Source: Candidatus Latescibacterota bacterium (GTDB taxonomy: Bacteria > Latescibacterota > UBA2968 > UBA8231). From it: a stretch of 64,000 nucleotides of DNA. The notes under the pieces are model-generated. The model had not been told where the DNA came from and ran no database searches. It saw nothing but the letters and a program-made list of their open reading frames with translations. A program made the translations under genes and the position numbers. Positions 49,509-58,888 of the stretch are shown piece by piece (position 1 is the first letter of the stretch; each line of letters starts with the position of its first letter). The stretch lies in NCBI GenBank assembly GCA_965206595.1, contig OZ242214.1:1632001-1696000 (forward strand), given 5' to 3'.

Positions 49509-51368
49509 CCCTTGTTATTCATGGAATTTTAGTGGAGAGGGCTGTACTGGGTGCCTCCCATGCTTAGATTTCAGAGGGAAACACAAGGCAGTATCGCCCT
49601 TTGAACCCATCACACAGTAGGACACCCAATGGGTGAATTACCGTCACACACCGAGTCCGAGCAAGCCGGGCCGATTCAGCCGTCTTTCAACCGCTCCATC
49701 CACATCGAAGCCCGCCCCACCCACCTTGGCAGCGACACCGGTGCGCTGATGTTGCGTCAACTGCTCGAACACAGCCGGGTTCTGGATTGGGTCGACGCCC
49801 ACTTCGAGGATCTCCGTACCCAAGACCAGATCACGCACCCGCTGCCGGAGCTGCTGCGCACACAGATCGTGCTGCTGGCACAGGGCTGGACCCACGCCGC
49901 CGACGCCGACGCGTTGCGCCAAGATCCGATCCTGCGTCTGGCGGTCAGCGATCGCAAAGGGCAGGCGCCGTTGCGCAGCGGCGACGAAGACCGGCCGCAG
50001 GGACTGGCCAGTCAGCCGACGCTGTCGCGCCTGCTCGAGCAAGCCTCGACTGCCTATAACCGCGAGGTGTTGGAGGAAGCCGTCCTGCGCAGCGCCCGGT
50101 CTCGTTGCCGGCTGCTGGAAGGACGGATGAAATACGAGGAGTTGGCCGTCGACATGGATGCCCTGCCGATGCCGGCGCACGGGCACCAGGCGGGGGTCGA
50201 ATACAACGGCTACTTCCACGCCTCGGGGTACCATCCCCTGCTCCTCGGCTCGGCGCAGACGGGCGATTTCTTCGGTGCCGTGCTGCGGCCGGGCAACGTG
50301 CACGCCCATGAGGGTGCCTCAGAGGCTCTCGGCAAGCGCTTGGACTGGATTCAGTCGCATCTGGCCCGGCGCCTCATCCTGCGCTTCGACGCGGCCTCGG
50401 TGAGCGGGTCTTTCCTGAGTGAGCTGGAAGCGCGGGCCGACACCTCGTACGTGGCGCGCATCAAGAAGAATGCGCGCCTGGAGGAGCTGGCTCGTGCCTG
50501 GGTGGAAGGCTATCAGCAGGAGCTGGCGCAGCACCCGGAAGAGCTGCGGGAAGAGGGTTTTCGCTGTCGCGAGCTGCGCTATCAAGCCAGGTCCTGGGCG
50601 CAGCCCCGGCGGGTGGTGTTGGTCCTGGTCCCTTCCGAGACGGAAGAGCTGCCCATCGCCCGCCACTTCTTCCTGATCACCGACCAGAGTCCCCAGACGA
50701 TGAGCGGCCGCGACCTGGTCGCCTTTTATCGTCAGCGCGGCCTTTTCGAGCGCATGCTCGGCGAGTTGAGCTCCACCCTCCAGCCTCAGCTCTCCTCTAC
50801 CACCCGTCGCAAGCAACACTACCGGGGTCGAGAGCCGCGTCAGCGCACCCCGTCCCGGGATGCCTTCGCTGCCAACCAGGCGCTTCTGACCTTGAACCTG
50901 CTGGCCTACAACCTGCTTCACCTGGGCCGCCAGGCCGCCGAACGCGCCGAGGCCCGACGCGGGCGGCCCCGCACATACGGACGCTCGACGACGGCCCTGA
51001 GCCTGGACAGTTTTCGACGGCGCTACCTGCGCCTGCCGTCCCGCGTCACCTTGCATGGGCGCAGGGTGGGCGTCATCCTGACCCAAGGGACGGCGGCTGC
51101 CTGGGATCGTCTGTGGAGATTTCTGGCCACGCTCAAACCGGTGGACGCGGCGATGGCGTAAGCGCAGGCCGGGTCGGTCGGGATGATGGGCTCGCAAAGG
51201 CAAGCGTCTTCGAGAAGGCGCGTACAATTTCAACAAGGTCGGTAGAGATAAGGAGACGGCTCTACCCAAAAAGCCGACTATAGAAGGAACGCAAGCCTCT
51301 GAGGCTAAGCAAAGGGGTCTCGGAAGCGCCTATGTCCGCTTATGCGCGGGTTGAATGAATAACAAAGG
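49509..51368 (+). mobile_element. complete IS1380-family insertion sequence, 1860 bp
   Basis: IRL CCCTTGTTATTCAT (49509-49522) and IRR ATGAATAACAAAGG (51355-51368) match 13/14. Target duplication TGAAC at 49504-49508 and 51369-51373. Confidence 0.92.
49629..51161 (+). CDS. IS1380-family DDE transposase
   Basis: SDTGAL.L, D...LRQDP, LASQPTLSRL, VDMD, HGHQ...YNGYF....YHPL, LRPGN, RFDA, YRQRG..E, F.AN.A.L....LAYNL. Confidence 0.92.
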   Translation: MGELPSHTESEQAGPIQPSFNRSIHIEARPTHLGSDTGALMLRQLLEHSRVLDWVDAHFEDLRTQDQITHPLPELLRTQIVLLAQGWTHAADADALRQDPILRLAVSDRKGQAPLRSGDEDRPQGLASQPTLSRLLEQASTAYNREVLEEAVLRSARSRCRLLEGRMKYEELAVDMDALPMPAHGHQAGVEYNGYFHASGYHPLLLGSAQTGDFFGAVLRPGNVHAHEGASEALGKRLDWIQSHLARRLILRFDAASVSGSFLSELEARADTSYVARIKKNARLEELARAWVEGYQQELAQHPEELREEGFRCRELRYQARSWAQPRRVVLVLVPSETEELPIARHFFLITDQSPQTMSGRDLVAFYRQRGLFERMLGELSSTLQPQLSSTTRRKQHYRGREPRQRTPSRDAFAANQALLTLNLLAYNLLHLGRQAAERAEARRGRPRTYGRSTTALSLDSFRRRYLRLPSRVTLHGRRVGVILTQGTAAAWDRLWRFLATLKPVDAAMA

Positions 51369-51487
51369 TGAACATAAACGGTTTCAGTCTGTTCCCCGAT
51401 CTCGATGGGATCGGCAGGTATTGCATCGAATTGGCCCGTCACAACGTGGAAGCGGTATGGTAATTAAACCATAGGAAGGCAGTTTGA

Positions 51488-52705
51488 ATGATCAATAGAC
51501 TTGCCCATGCGTTGCTCCTGCTGGCGCTGGCCTGCGGAGAGGAGGACAAGGGTACGGGGCCTGTCCCGGAACCTGGTCCGGATCCCGTCTCCGAACCGGA
51601 TCCCGAAGCTGCGCTTTTCGCTGCGGAGGTAGCGGCTGTTCGTGAAGGGTGTGAAGACGGCTGCATTCTTGCCGTCGCGTCCAACGAATCGGACGACTAC
51701 GGGGCCTGCTACGTGTCTTGTGTGTGGGAAAGTGAGAAGGAGTTGTGGAAGGTCAGGATGTTGGAGGTCCTGGCCGAGTTCCACGATCAGGGGATCGAGG
51801 TTGGGTTTCCCGTTTCCGACCTTCCAGACAAGTATTTCCTCGAGATCATCGGCTCAGGGGACACACCTCGCACCTGGGTTTCAAGGCTTGCCTTGACGTT
51901 TGCGGCCATGGCGGGTGATGGGGAAACAGTGCGCTTTTTGTTGGAACAAGGGGCCGATTTGCCGGGCGATACGGAGGTTTTCTTTCTGCCAGGTGGGGCG
52001 GCAATGGAGTTTGTCCGGATCGAGGGGGGGACGTTCTTCATGGGATCGCCGTCTTCGGAGGAGGGCCGGTGGGATCATGAAGGTCCGCTGCATGAGGTGG
52101 AGATCAGCACGGGGTTCTGGTTGGGCAGGTACGAGGTGACGCAGGGGCAGTGGGAGGCGGAAATGGGGTCGCGGCCGTGGTCTGGAGGAAACAATGTGGT
52201 TGAGGACCCCTTCCATCCGGCGGTGTATGTTTCCTGGGAAGACGTGCAGGCATTCATTGAGAAGTTGAACAGTGCCGCGGGTGAAGCACTGTATCGTCTG
52301 CCGAGTGAGGCGGAGTGGGAGTATGCGTGTCGGGCGGGTACCAGGTCTCCGTGGGCGTTCGGGGATGACGAGAGTCGGCTTGTCGATTATGCGTGGTATT
52401 ATGCCAATACGTTCGATGTGGGTGAGGAGTATGCTCATGCGGTGGGTCTGAAGGTTGCGAATCCATGGGGGTTGCACGATATGCACGGGAATGTCTGGGA
52501 GTGGGTGCATGACTGGTATGACGGGGGCTATTATCGAGATTCCCCTCGAGTAGACCCTCGGGGGCCTGAAACCGGCTCATCTCGCGTTATCCGGGGCGGC
52601 CGTTTCGACGATTTCGCCCGGTTTGTGCGGTCGGCGAGTCGCCACAACGTCTCGCCGGGGCTTCGTGGCGAAGGCTTGGGCCTGCGTCTTTTACGGGATC
52701 CTTGA
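51488..52705 (+). CDS. lipoprotein with ankyrin-like segment and C-terminal formylglycine-generating-enzyme (FGE/SUMF1, CLec-fold) domain
   Basis: Lipobox LALAC, Pro-rich linker, ALTFAAMAGDGETVRFLLEQGAD, F.MGS, YEVTQGQW, RLPSEAEWEYACRAG, N.WGLHDMHGNVWEW, RVIRGG. Confidence 0.9.
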   Translation: MINRLAHALLLLALACGEEDKGTGPVPEPGPDPVSEPDPEAALFAAEVAAVREGCEDGCILAVASNESDDYGACYVSCVWESEKELWKVRMLEVLAEFHDQGIEVGFPVSDLPDKYFLEIIGSGDTPRTWVSRLALTFAAMAGDGETVRFLLEQGADLPGDTEVFFLPGGAAMEFVRIEGGTFFMGSPSSEEGRWDHEGPLHEVEISTGFWLGRYEVTQGQWEAEMGSRPWSGGNNVVEDPFHPAVYVSWEDVQAFIEKLNSAAGEALYRLPSEAEWEYACRAGTRSPWAFGDDESRLVDYAWYYANTFDVGEEYAHAVGLKVANPWGLHDMHGNVWEWVHDWYDGGYYRDSPRVDPRGPETGSSRVIRGGRFDDFARFVRSASRHNVSPGLRGEGLGLRLLRDP

Positions 52706-52770
52706 CCGATGTGCTCTTTTCCCCTTGACCGGGGAGCACTTCGGGATGCGCGGCCTCAATCGAGTCTGGC

Positions 52771-54759
52771 ATGACAACCCCGATCACCTCCCTGACAGCC
52801 GTCGGCGGAATCCTCCTGCCCGATCTTCGGGCGCGCTCGCTCACTCTGGACTCCCCCCGGACCCTGACCCCGGTCCGCAGCCGCGCCGAGTGGCAGAAGC
52901 GCGCCGCGTACATCCGCCACCACATCCTCGCCTGCGCCGGACTGCTGCCACTGCCGGAGAGGACCCCGCTCAACCCTCACATCTTCGAGCCGCTTCAAAG
53001 GGAAGAATACTCTGTCGAGAAAGTGTTTTTCGAGAGCCTTCCGGGTTACCTGGTCTGCGGCAACCTCTATCGGCCGCTGCGGCCGGGGAAGACCCGGTTT
53101 CCCGGGATCGCGCATCCGCATGGACACTGGTCGGGGGGCCGCCTCGAGAACGGGGATGCCTGCTCAGTCCCGAACCGCTGCATCGAACTGGCCAGGCGCG
53201 GGTTCGTCAGCTTCTCCTGGGACATGGCCGGGTACCTCGACAGCGGCCAGATCGCCCACCGCGCCTTCGGCGGCCCCCGCGAGGACCTGTGGGGTATCGG
53301 GGTTCTGGGCATCCAGCTCTGGAACAGCATCCGCGCCGTCGACTTCCTGCAGAGCCTGCCCGACGTCGACGCCGGCCGCATCGGCTGCACCGGCGCTTCG
53401 GGCGGCGGCACCCAGACTTTTCTGCTGACCGCGGTCGACGACCGGGTGACCGCGTCGGCGCCGGTCAACATGGTCTCCGCTCACATGCAGGGGGGCTGCG
53501 TGTGCGAGAACCAGAGCCACCTTCGCGTCGACATCGACAACGTCGAGATCGCCGCGGCCGCGGCCCCGAGGCCGCAGCTTCTCATCGCCGCCACCGGTGA
53601 CTGGACCGCCCATACCCTGGAGCACGAGTACCCGTTCGTGCGCTCGGTATACCAGCTCTTCGGCGCCGCCGCGAAAGTGAGCGCGGTTCGTTTCGACGCC
53701 CCCCACAACTACCACCGGGGAAGCCGCGAGGCGGTGTACGCCTTCTTCGAGCGCTGGCTTCTGGGGTCGCGCCGCCGCAGCCGTCCGGAGGCGCCGCTGC
53801 AGGTCGAGGCCGAGGGGGACCTTCGGGTTTTCTCCCGCCGTCCCCGGCCGCGGTCGGCGTTGCGCCGCAACGAGGTCGTCCCCGCCTTGGTGGCTCGGTC
53901 GGAAAACCGGATGGGCTCGTTCGAGATCCGCATCCCGGAGGATCTGGACAGGTTCCGCAAGGCCATGGGCCCGGCCCTTGAGCACGCCCTCGCCGCGCAC
54001 CTTCCGGACGAGGTCGCCGCCCGCGACTGCGGCCGCTCGAGAATTGAGGGCGGCTACCTGCAGCGCTTCGCCCTCGGCCGCGCGGGGGCCGGGGACTCGG
54101 TGCCGGCGATCCTGGTCTCGCGCCTGCCCCTGCAGGACCGCGCCCCGGTCACTCTGCTGCTGCACCCGGCCGGGAAGGGGGCAGGCTGGCAGGGGGAACG
54201 CATGCCGCAGCTGGTCGCCGGGCTCCTCGGCAGGGGGCAGCAGGTGCTCGCCGTCGACCTGTTCGGAACCGGTGAGGCCGGATCCCTTGAAGAGGCTGAC
54301 GCCGGAAAAATCCATCACTATTTCACCTACAACCGAACTCCCGCCGCCAACCAGGTTCAGGACATCCTGACGGCGCTGGCATTCGCCCGGCAACACGGCG
54401 GCGGGTCCGTCAACCTGCTGGCCCTGAAGGGAACCGGGGTCCCGGCTCTGCTGGCACGGGCCCTGGCACCTTGGGCAGGCAACGCCTGCCTGTCGCTGGC
54501 GGCTTTTTCGTTCGACGACCGCAGCTGGCTCCGTCACTGTTTGGTTCCCGGGGTGCGCAGCGCCGGGGACGTGCGCACTGCCGTGGCCCTGGCAGCTCCC
54601 GGCCGCCTTTTGCTCCACGGGGCAGGCCCCGGTTTTCCTTCGTCCTGGGCTCGGAAGGCGTACCGGGCCGCTGGCAGGCCGCGTTCCCTGCGCGTATCTC
54701 CGCGTGCGGCTCCTCTGGAAGAGATGGTCCGGTGGACGGCTGCCGTTCCCCGGAGTTGA
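52771..54759 (+). CDS. acetylxylan esterase-like alpha/beta hydrolase with second degenerate hydrolase domain
   Basis: EKVFFES.PG...GNLY.P, PHGHW, nucleophile elbow GASGGGTQT, MQGGCVCEN, HNY. Confidence 0.8.
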   Translation: MTTPITSLTAVGGILLPDLRARSLTLDSPRTLTPVRSRAEWQKRAAYIRHHILACAGLLPLPERTPLNPHIFEPLQREEYSVEKVFFESLPGYLVCGNLYRPLRPGKTRFPGIAHPHGHWSGGRLENGDACSVPNRCIELARRGFVSFSWDMAGYLDSGQIAHRAFGGPREDLWGIGVLGIQLWNSIRAVDFLQSLPDVDAGRIGCTGASGGGTQTFLLTAVDDRVTASAPVNMVSAHMQGGCVCENQSHLRVDIDNVEIAAAAAPRPQLLIAATGDWTAHTLEHEYPFVRSVYQLFGAAAKVSAVRFDAPHNYHRGSREAVYAFFERWLLGSRRRSRPEAPLQVEAEGDLRVFSRRPRPRSALRRNEVVPALVARSENRMGSFEIRIPEDLDRFRKAMGPALEHALAAHLPDEVAARDCGRSRIEGGYLQRFALGRAGAGDSVPAILVSRLPLQDRAPVTLLLHPAGKGAGWQGERMPQLVAGLLGRGQQVLAVDLFGTGEAGSLEEADAGKIHHYFTYNRTPAANQVQDILTALAFARQHGGGSVNLLALKGTGVPALLARALAPWAGNACLSLAAFSFDDRSWLRHCLVPGVRSAGDVRTAVALAAPGRLLLHGAGPGFPSSWARKAYRAAGRPRSLRVSPRAAPLEEMVRWTAAVPRS

Positions 54760-54838
54760 CTGGGGAGTCCGCGCTTCTCAGGTATGAATTACTGACCGAA
54801 ATGGCGAGGTTGTGGAACGGGAGACCAAGGAGACAACG

Positions 54839-56095
54839 ATGGGCAACGGGGACCGCAACGAAGTCCTGGTTATCGGAGGGGGCGCAATCGGGGTGGCCAG
54901 CGCCTACTACCTGGCGCGCAGGGGGGTCGCGGTCACCCTGGTGGAGAAGGGGGAGATCTGCTCCGGCTGCTCCTACGGCAACGCCGGCCTCCTGGTTCCC
55001 AGCCACAGCGTGCCCCTGGCCGCTCCCGGGGTGGTTGCCCAGGGGTTGAAGTGGATGCGGCGCCGGGACAGCCCCTTCTACATCCGTCCCCGCATGGACG
55101 CGCAGCTGATTCGCTGGCTGTGGCGGTTCTACCGCTCCGCCAACCACGGCCACGTGCGTCGCTCCGTGCCCCTGCTGCGCGACCTGAGCTTCGCCAGCCT
55201 CGAGCTCTACGACGAGCTCGACCGCATCGAGGAGTTCGACTTCGACCTGCGCCGCAACGGCTATCTGCAGGTGGGGAAGAAGAGCTTCAGCAAGGACGAC
55301 GCGGAAGTCCGGATACTCAACGAGGCCGGGGTCGTCGCCAACGTCCTGACCCGGGGGGAGGCCCAGGAGCTGGTGCCGGAAACCGAGCTGAAGATCGGCG
55401 GAGCCATCCACTTTCCCCAGGACTGGAACCTGTCGCCGCACCGTTTCGTTACCGGACTCGCCGCCCAGGCGGCCGCGCTCGGGGCCGACATCCGCACCGG
55501 CACCGAGGTGCTCGGGTTCGAGCGCAACGGCTCCCGGGTCTCCATGGTGAAGACCACGCGCGGCGACTTCAGCCCCGGGGAGATCGTGCTGGCCGCGGGT
55601 TCCTGGTCCCCCGTGGTGGCGCGCGACCTCTCCCTGTCCCTGCCGATCCAGGCGGGTAAGGGGTACAGCATCACCTTCAAACGCCCGCCCCAGGCGCCCT
55701 CGGTGCCGATTTCCCTGGCCGAGGCCAGGGTGGGGGTGTCGGCGATGGGGGATTTCCTGCGCTTCGCCGGCACCCTCGAGCTGTCGGGACTGACCCTCTA
55801 TCTCGATCCGGTAAGGGTGGCCGCCATCCTGAAGGCGGTTCCCGGATACATGCCGGGCCTGGATCCCGGAAAGCTGGAAATGATCGAGATCTGGCGCGGC
55901 ATGCGGCCCTGCACCCCGGACGGCCTGCCTCTGCTCGGGCGCCCCGAAAGCCTGGCAAACCTCACCGTGGCCGCGGGCCACGCCATGATCGGGGTCTCCC
56001 TGGCGCCGGTCACCGGCAAGCTCGTCAGCGAGATCGTCTGCGGCGAGGAGCCGGGGATCGACCTGGCGCTGACCCGGCCGGAGCGGTTCGGCTGA
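54839..56095 (+). CDS. FAD-dependent D-amino acid dehydrogenase/oxidase (DadA-like)
   Basis: IGGGAIG, CSYGNAG, GKGYS, GMRPCTPDGLP, GHAMIGVSLAP.TG. Confidence 0.88.
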   Translation: MGNGDRNEVLVIGGGAIGVASAYYLARRGVAVTLVEKGEICSGCSYGNAGLLVPSHSVPLAAPGVVAQGLKWMRRRDSPFYIRPRMDAQLIRWLWRFYRSANHGHVRRSVPLLRDLSFASLELYDELDRIEEFDFDLRRNGYLQVGKKSFSKDDAEVRILNEAGVVANVLTRGEAQELVPETELKIGGAIHFPQDWNLSPHRFVTGLAAQAAALGADIRTGTEVLGFERNGSRVSMVKTTRGDFSPGEIVLAAGSWSPVVARDLSLSLPIQAGKGYSITFKRPPQAPSVPISLAEARVGVSAMGDFLRFAGTLELSGLTLYLDPVRVAAILKAVPGYMPGLDPGKLEMIEIWRGMRPCTPDGLPLLGRPESLANLTVAAGHAMIGVSLAPVTGKLVSEIVCGEEPGIDLALTRPERFG

Positions 56096-56922
56096 TGGCC
56101 GGTAAAGCCCAGCTGCAGGAGATGAAGCGGGCGGGGCGGAAAATCACCGTCCTCACCTGCTACGACTACCCGACCGCCCTGTGGGAAGAGGAAGCGGGGG
56201 TCGACGTCGTCTTCGTCGGGGACAGCGTCGGCACCAACGTTCTCGGGTACGCCAGCGAAACCGAGGTGACCATGGAGGACATTGCCCACCACCTGAAGGC
56301 GGTGCGCCGCGGGGTCAGGGAAGCCTACCTGCTGGTCGACCTGCCTTTCGGCTCGGCCGACACTCCCGGGCAGGCGGTGGAGAACGGCCGGCGCCTGGTA
56401 TCGCTGGGAGCGGACGGCGTAAAGCTCGAGGGGTTCAAGCCGGAAGCGGTCCGTGCCCTGAGCGGCGAGGGCCTCGATGTGTGGGGGCACCTCGGTCTTA
56501 CCCCCCAGTTCCACAGGGAGCGGGCGCTGCAGGCGAAGACCGCGGAGAGCGCGGCCGAGCTGGTCTCGCGGAGTCTGGAGCTCGAGGGGGCGGGTGCGGA
56601 TTTCCTCGTGCTCGAGGCGGTGCCGGAGGAAGTGGCCGCGGCCGTTACCCGGCGCCTGTCCATACCGACGATCGGCATCGCCGCGGGCCGCTGCACCGAC
56701 GGCCAGGTGATCGTCGTTTCCGACCTGCTCGGGGCCGCCGACCTCGAGCTGCGCCACGTCGACCGGCTCGCCGACAGCAAGGCGGATGGGGTGCGCGCCA
56801 TCAGGGCCTTCGTCGAGGGGGTGCGGGAAGGGAGCTTTCCCGCGGAAAGGCACGTGCGCCACCTGAGCGCAGACGAGCTCGCGAAGTTCGACGCCGGGGG
56901 CCCCCAAGCCGGGGGCAATTAA
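56095..56922 (+). CDS. panB: 3-methyl-2-oxobutanoate hydroxymethyltransferase
   Basis: LTCYDY, VGDSVG, DLPFGS, VKLEG, GHLGLTPQ, PTIGIAAG..TDGQV. Confidence 0.93.
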   Translation: MAGKAQLQEMKRAGRKITVLTCYDYPTALWEEEAGVDVVFVGDSVGTNVLGYASETEVTMEDIAHHLKAVRRGVREAYLLVDLPFGSADTPGQAVENGRRLVSLGADGVKLEGFKPEAVRALSGEGLDVWGHLGLTPQFHRERALQAKTAESAAELVSRSLELEGAGADFLVLEAVPEEVAAAVTRRLSIPTIGIAAGRCTDGQVIVVSDLLGAADLELRHVDRLADSKADGVRAIRAFVEGVREGSFPAERHVRHLSADELAKFDAGGPQAGGN

Positions 56923-58823
56923 CTGGAACCGCCCCTGCCGGCCAGGTCGAAGCGGGACTCGAGCCGGGGCAGGTCGACGCTCGCCAGCCGGACCTGAACC
57001 ACCTCGTTCAAATCCAGCCTGCTTCCTCCCTGAAGGTCGATCTCCAGGGCGAGATCGGGGATCACCGCCACTGCCCGCGAGCCGCGGTGATCGACGATTA
57101 CCGCCTCTCCCTGCCAACCGGGGCACTGTCCCAGCCAGGCGAGTGTCCAGTGGCGGCGGCTCATCCGCTCCGCCTTTCTCACGCACAGGACCGCGGTTTC
57201 GGCAGCCCCCATCCTTTCGACGATCTCCGCTTCGCTCAGGGTCCGCTCTCCGCGCAGGTGCAGGCGCAGCTGCTGGTGGGCGACGAGGTCGAGGTAGCGG
57301 CGCAGCGGGCTGGTGACCCGGCAGTAGGCCTCCACCCCGAGACCGGCGTGCCTGCCCCTCGCTGCGGAGGACCGCGACGGCAGCTGGCGCCGGCGCAGCG
57401 CCAGGGCCCCGGCAAGTCCCCACCCGGCTCCGGGATCCTCCGGGGTCTCCGCAGTCTCCTGGAGGACGAAGGGGAACGGCAGCCCGTGGTCGGCGGCGTA
57501 CTTCGCAGCCCCTTCTCCGGCGAGAATCATCAGCTCGGCGACCAGGCCGCGGCTTGCCCGGCGAATCAGCGGGCAAATGTCGATTGCCGCGGGGCTGGAC
57601 CCGGCGTCGGCGCGGATGTCGACTTCCGGCCAGTCGATGGCGACCGCCCCCGCGGCGCTCCGGCGCCCGGCCGAGCGGTCGCCGACCTTCTTCAGGCCGG
57701 CGAGACTGTCGTTCCCGCCCTCCAGCCGAAGCTCCGCCTCCCCGTAGGTCAGACGGGTGACCGCTACGGTGCTGACGGCGATTTCGATCAGGGCCGCCCC
57801 GCCCGACGGATCCGGACGCAGGTGGAAGGAGAGCGCAGGGGAGCGCTCCTCCAGGCCGAGGCCGAGCCGCTGAATCAGCGTTTGGGGCAGCATCGGCACA
57901 GTGAGGTGGGGCATGTAGAGGGTCTCCCCGCGGCCGCGCGCCTCCAGGTCGAGCTCGCTGCCGCCGGCAACGGCCGCAGCGACGTCGGCGACGTGCACCC
58001 AGACGCTGCCGTCGGCCGGGTCGATGCTGACCGCGTCGTCCGGATGGTCGTTCCCTTCGTCGTCGATCGCCCAGGCCTCGAGGTGGGTCAGATCGACCCG
58101 TTCCTCCTCCGGCAGCCGGACCGGTCCCGGTTCCGGGGGCGGGGAGAGGAGGGCGCCGCTGCGCTCCGGGTAGGGGAGGTCGCCCTCGTTCCAATAGCCG
58201 ATTTCGAGCAGCAAGGCATGGGCGTTCTCCGGGGACTCGCGCCTCTTCAGGGCCCGCAGGGCGCGGCTGTCGCCGCGGCGGCCCCTCGCCATGCGGACGG
58301 TCTCTTCGAGAAACCGCTTGTCCCCCTCGATCCAGGTGCGGTTGTGCAAGCGCTCGAGGAACCCCTCCCAGGCCTGCCGCTCCCGCTCGGCCTCGAGGCG
58401 CCGCCGGGCATCCTCGGCCACCGCCGCTGCCGAACGCGCGCGGATCCGCTGCGGCGTCCCTTCGAACCACAGCCCTTCGCTGAGAATCCGCCAGGTCGCC
58501 CAGGCCGCCCGCGGAGTGAAGCAGTCGTAGAGCAGGTCGCAGAGGGTGGGCAGATCGACTCCCTCCCCGCTCTCCTCGAGCAGCTCCCTGGCGGTGTCGA
58601 TATCGGCGTCCGCGGACCCGGCTTCGAGGGAGGCGAGGTCGCCGCGGGCAAGCGGTCCCGGGTGCAGCCCGATCAAGTCCTTGGGGCGCACCGAGCGGGA
58701 ACCGCCGTCGACTTCGATCTCGATGCGGTCGTCTCGGACATTCTTGACCCTCGCCGGGCGGTTTCTATACAGTACGAGGGCGTCGAGTGCGGGCTTGTCA
58801 GCGGGGGGCTTGACGTCAGGCAT
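56919..58823 (-). CDS. RNB-domain exoribonuclease (RNase II/R family)
   Basis: AIDDEGNDHPDDAVS, VHVADVA, TLYMP, VAELMIL, H.GLG...Y..VTSPLRRY.DL..H.QL. Confidence 0.9.
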   Translation of the reverse strand: MPDVKPPADKPALDALVLYRNRPARVKNVRDDRIEIEVDGGSRSVRPKDLIGLHPGPLARGDLASLEAGSADADIDTARELLEESGEGVDLPTLCDLLYDCFTPRAAWATWRILSEGLWFEGTPQRIRARSAAAVAEDARRRLEAERERQAWEGFLERLHNRTWIEGDKRFLEETVRMARGRRGDSRALRALKRRESPENAHALLLEIGYWNEGDLPYPERSGALLSPPPEPGPVRLPEEERVDLTHLEAWAIDDEGNDHPDDAVSIDPADGSVWVHVADVAAAVAGGSELDLEARGRGETLYMPHLTVPMLPQTLIQRLGLGLEERSPALSFHLRPDPSGGAALIEIAVSTVAVTRLTYGEAELRLEGGNDSLAGLKKVGDRSAGRRSAAGAVAIDWPEVDIRADAGSSPAAIDICPLIRRASRGLVAELMILAGEGAAKYAADHGLPFPFVLQETAETPEDPGAGWGLAGALALRRRQLPSRSSAARGRHAGLGVEAYCRVTSPLRRYLDLVAHQQLRLHLRGERTLSEAEIVERMGAAETAVLCVRKAERMSRRHWTLAWLGQCPGWQGEAVIVDHRGSRAVAVIPDLALEIDLQGGSRLDLNEVVQVRLASVDLPRLESRFDLAGRGGSS

Positions 58824-58888
58824 GGGCAGGGTGGGGCCAGAAGGTAACCTCCGGGACGCGAACTCGAAACGATCACAACTACCCGAAA

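Larger units (their letters stand above)
48756..51463 (+). pseudogene. FRG-domain protein interrupted by IS1380
   Basis: YRGQ...W.LQPSL and MRHHGAPTRILDWT.SP.VAAYFA, then ...LRLMN (to 49508). It resumes after the IS at 51374 as INGFSLFPDLDGIGRY...W* (stop ends 51463). Confidence 0.9.

Noticed and set aside
49509-49532. Apparent natural stop of the FRG ORF at 49532
   Set aside because: These codons lie inside the IS left end; the true C-terminus is at 51374-51463.
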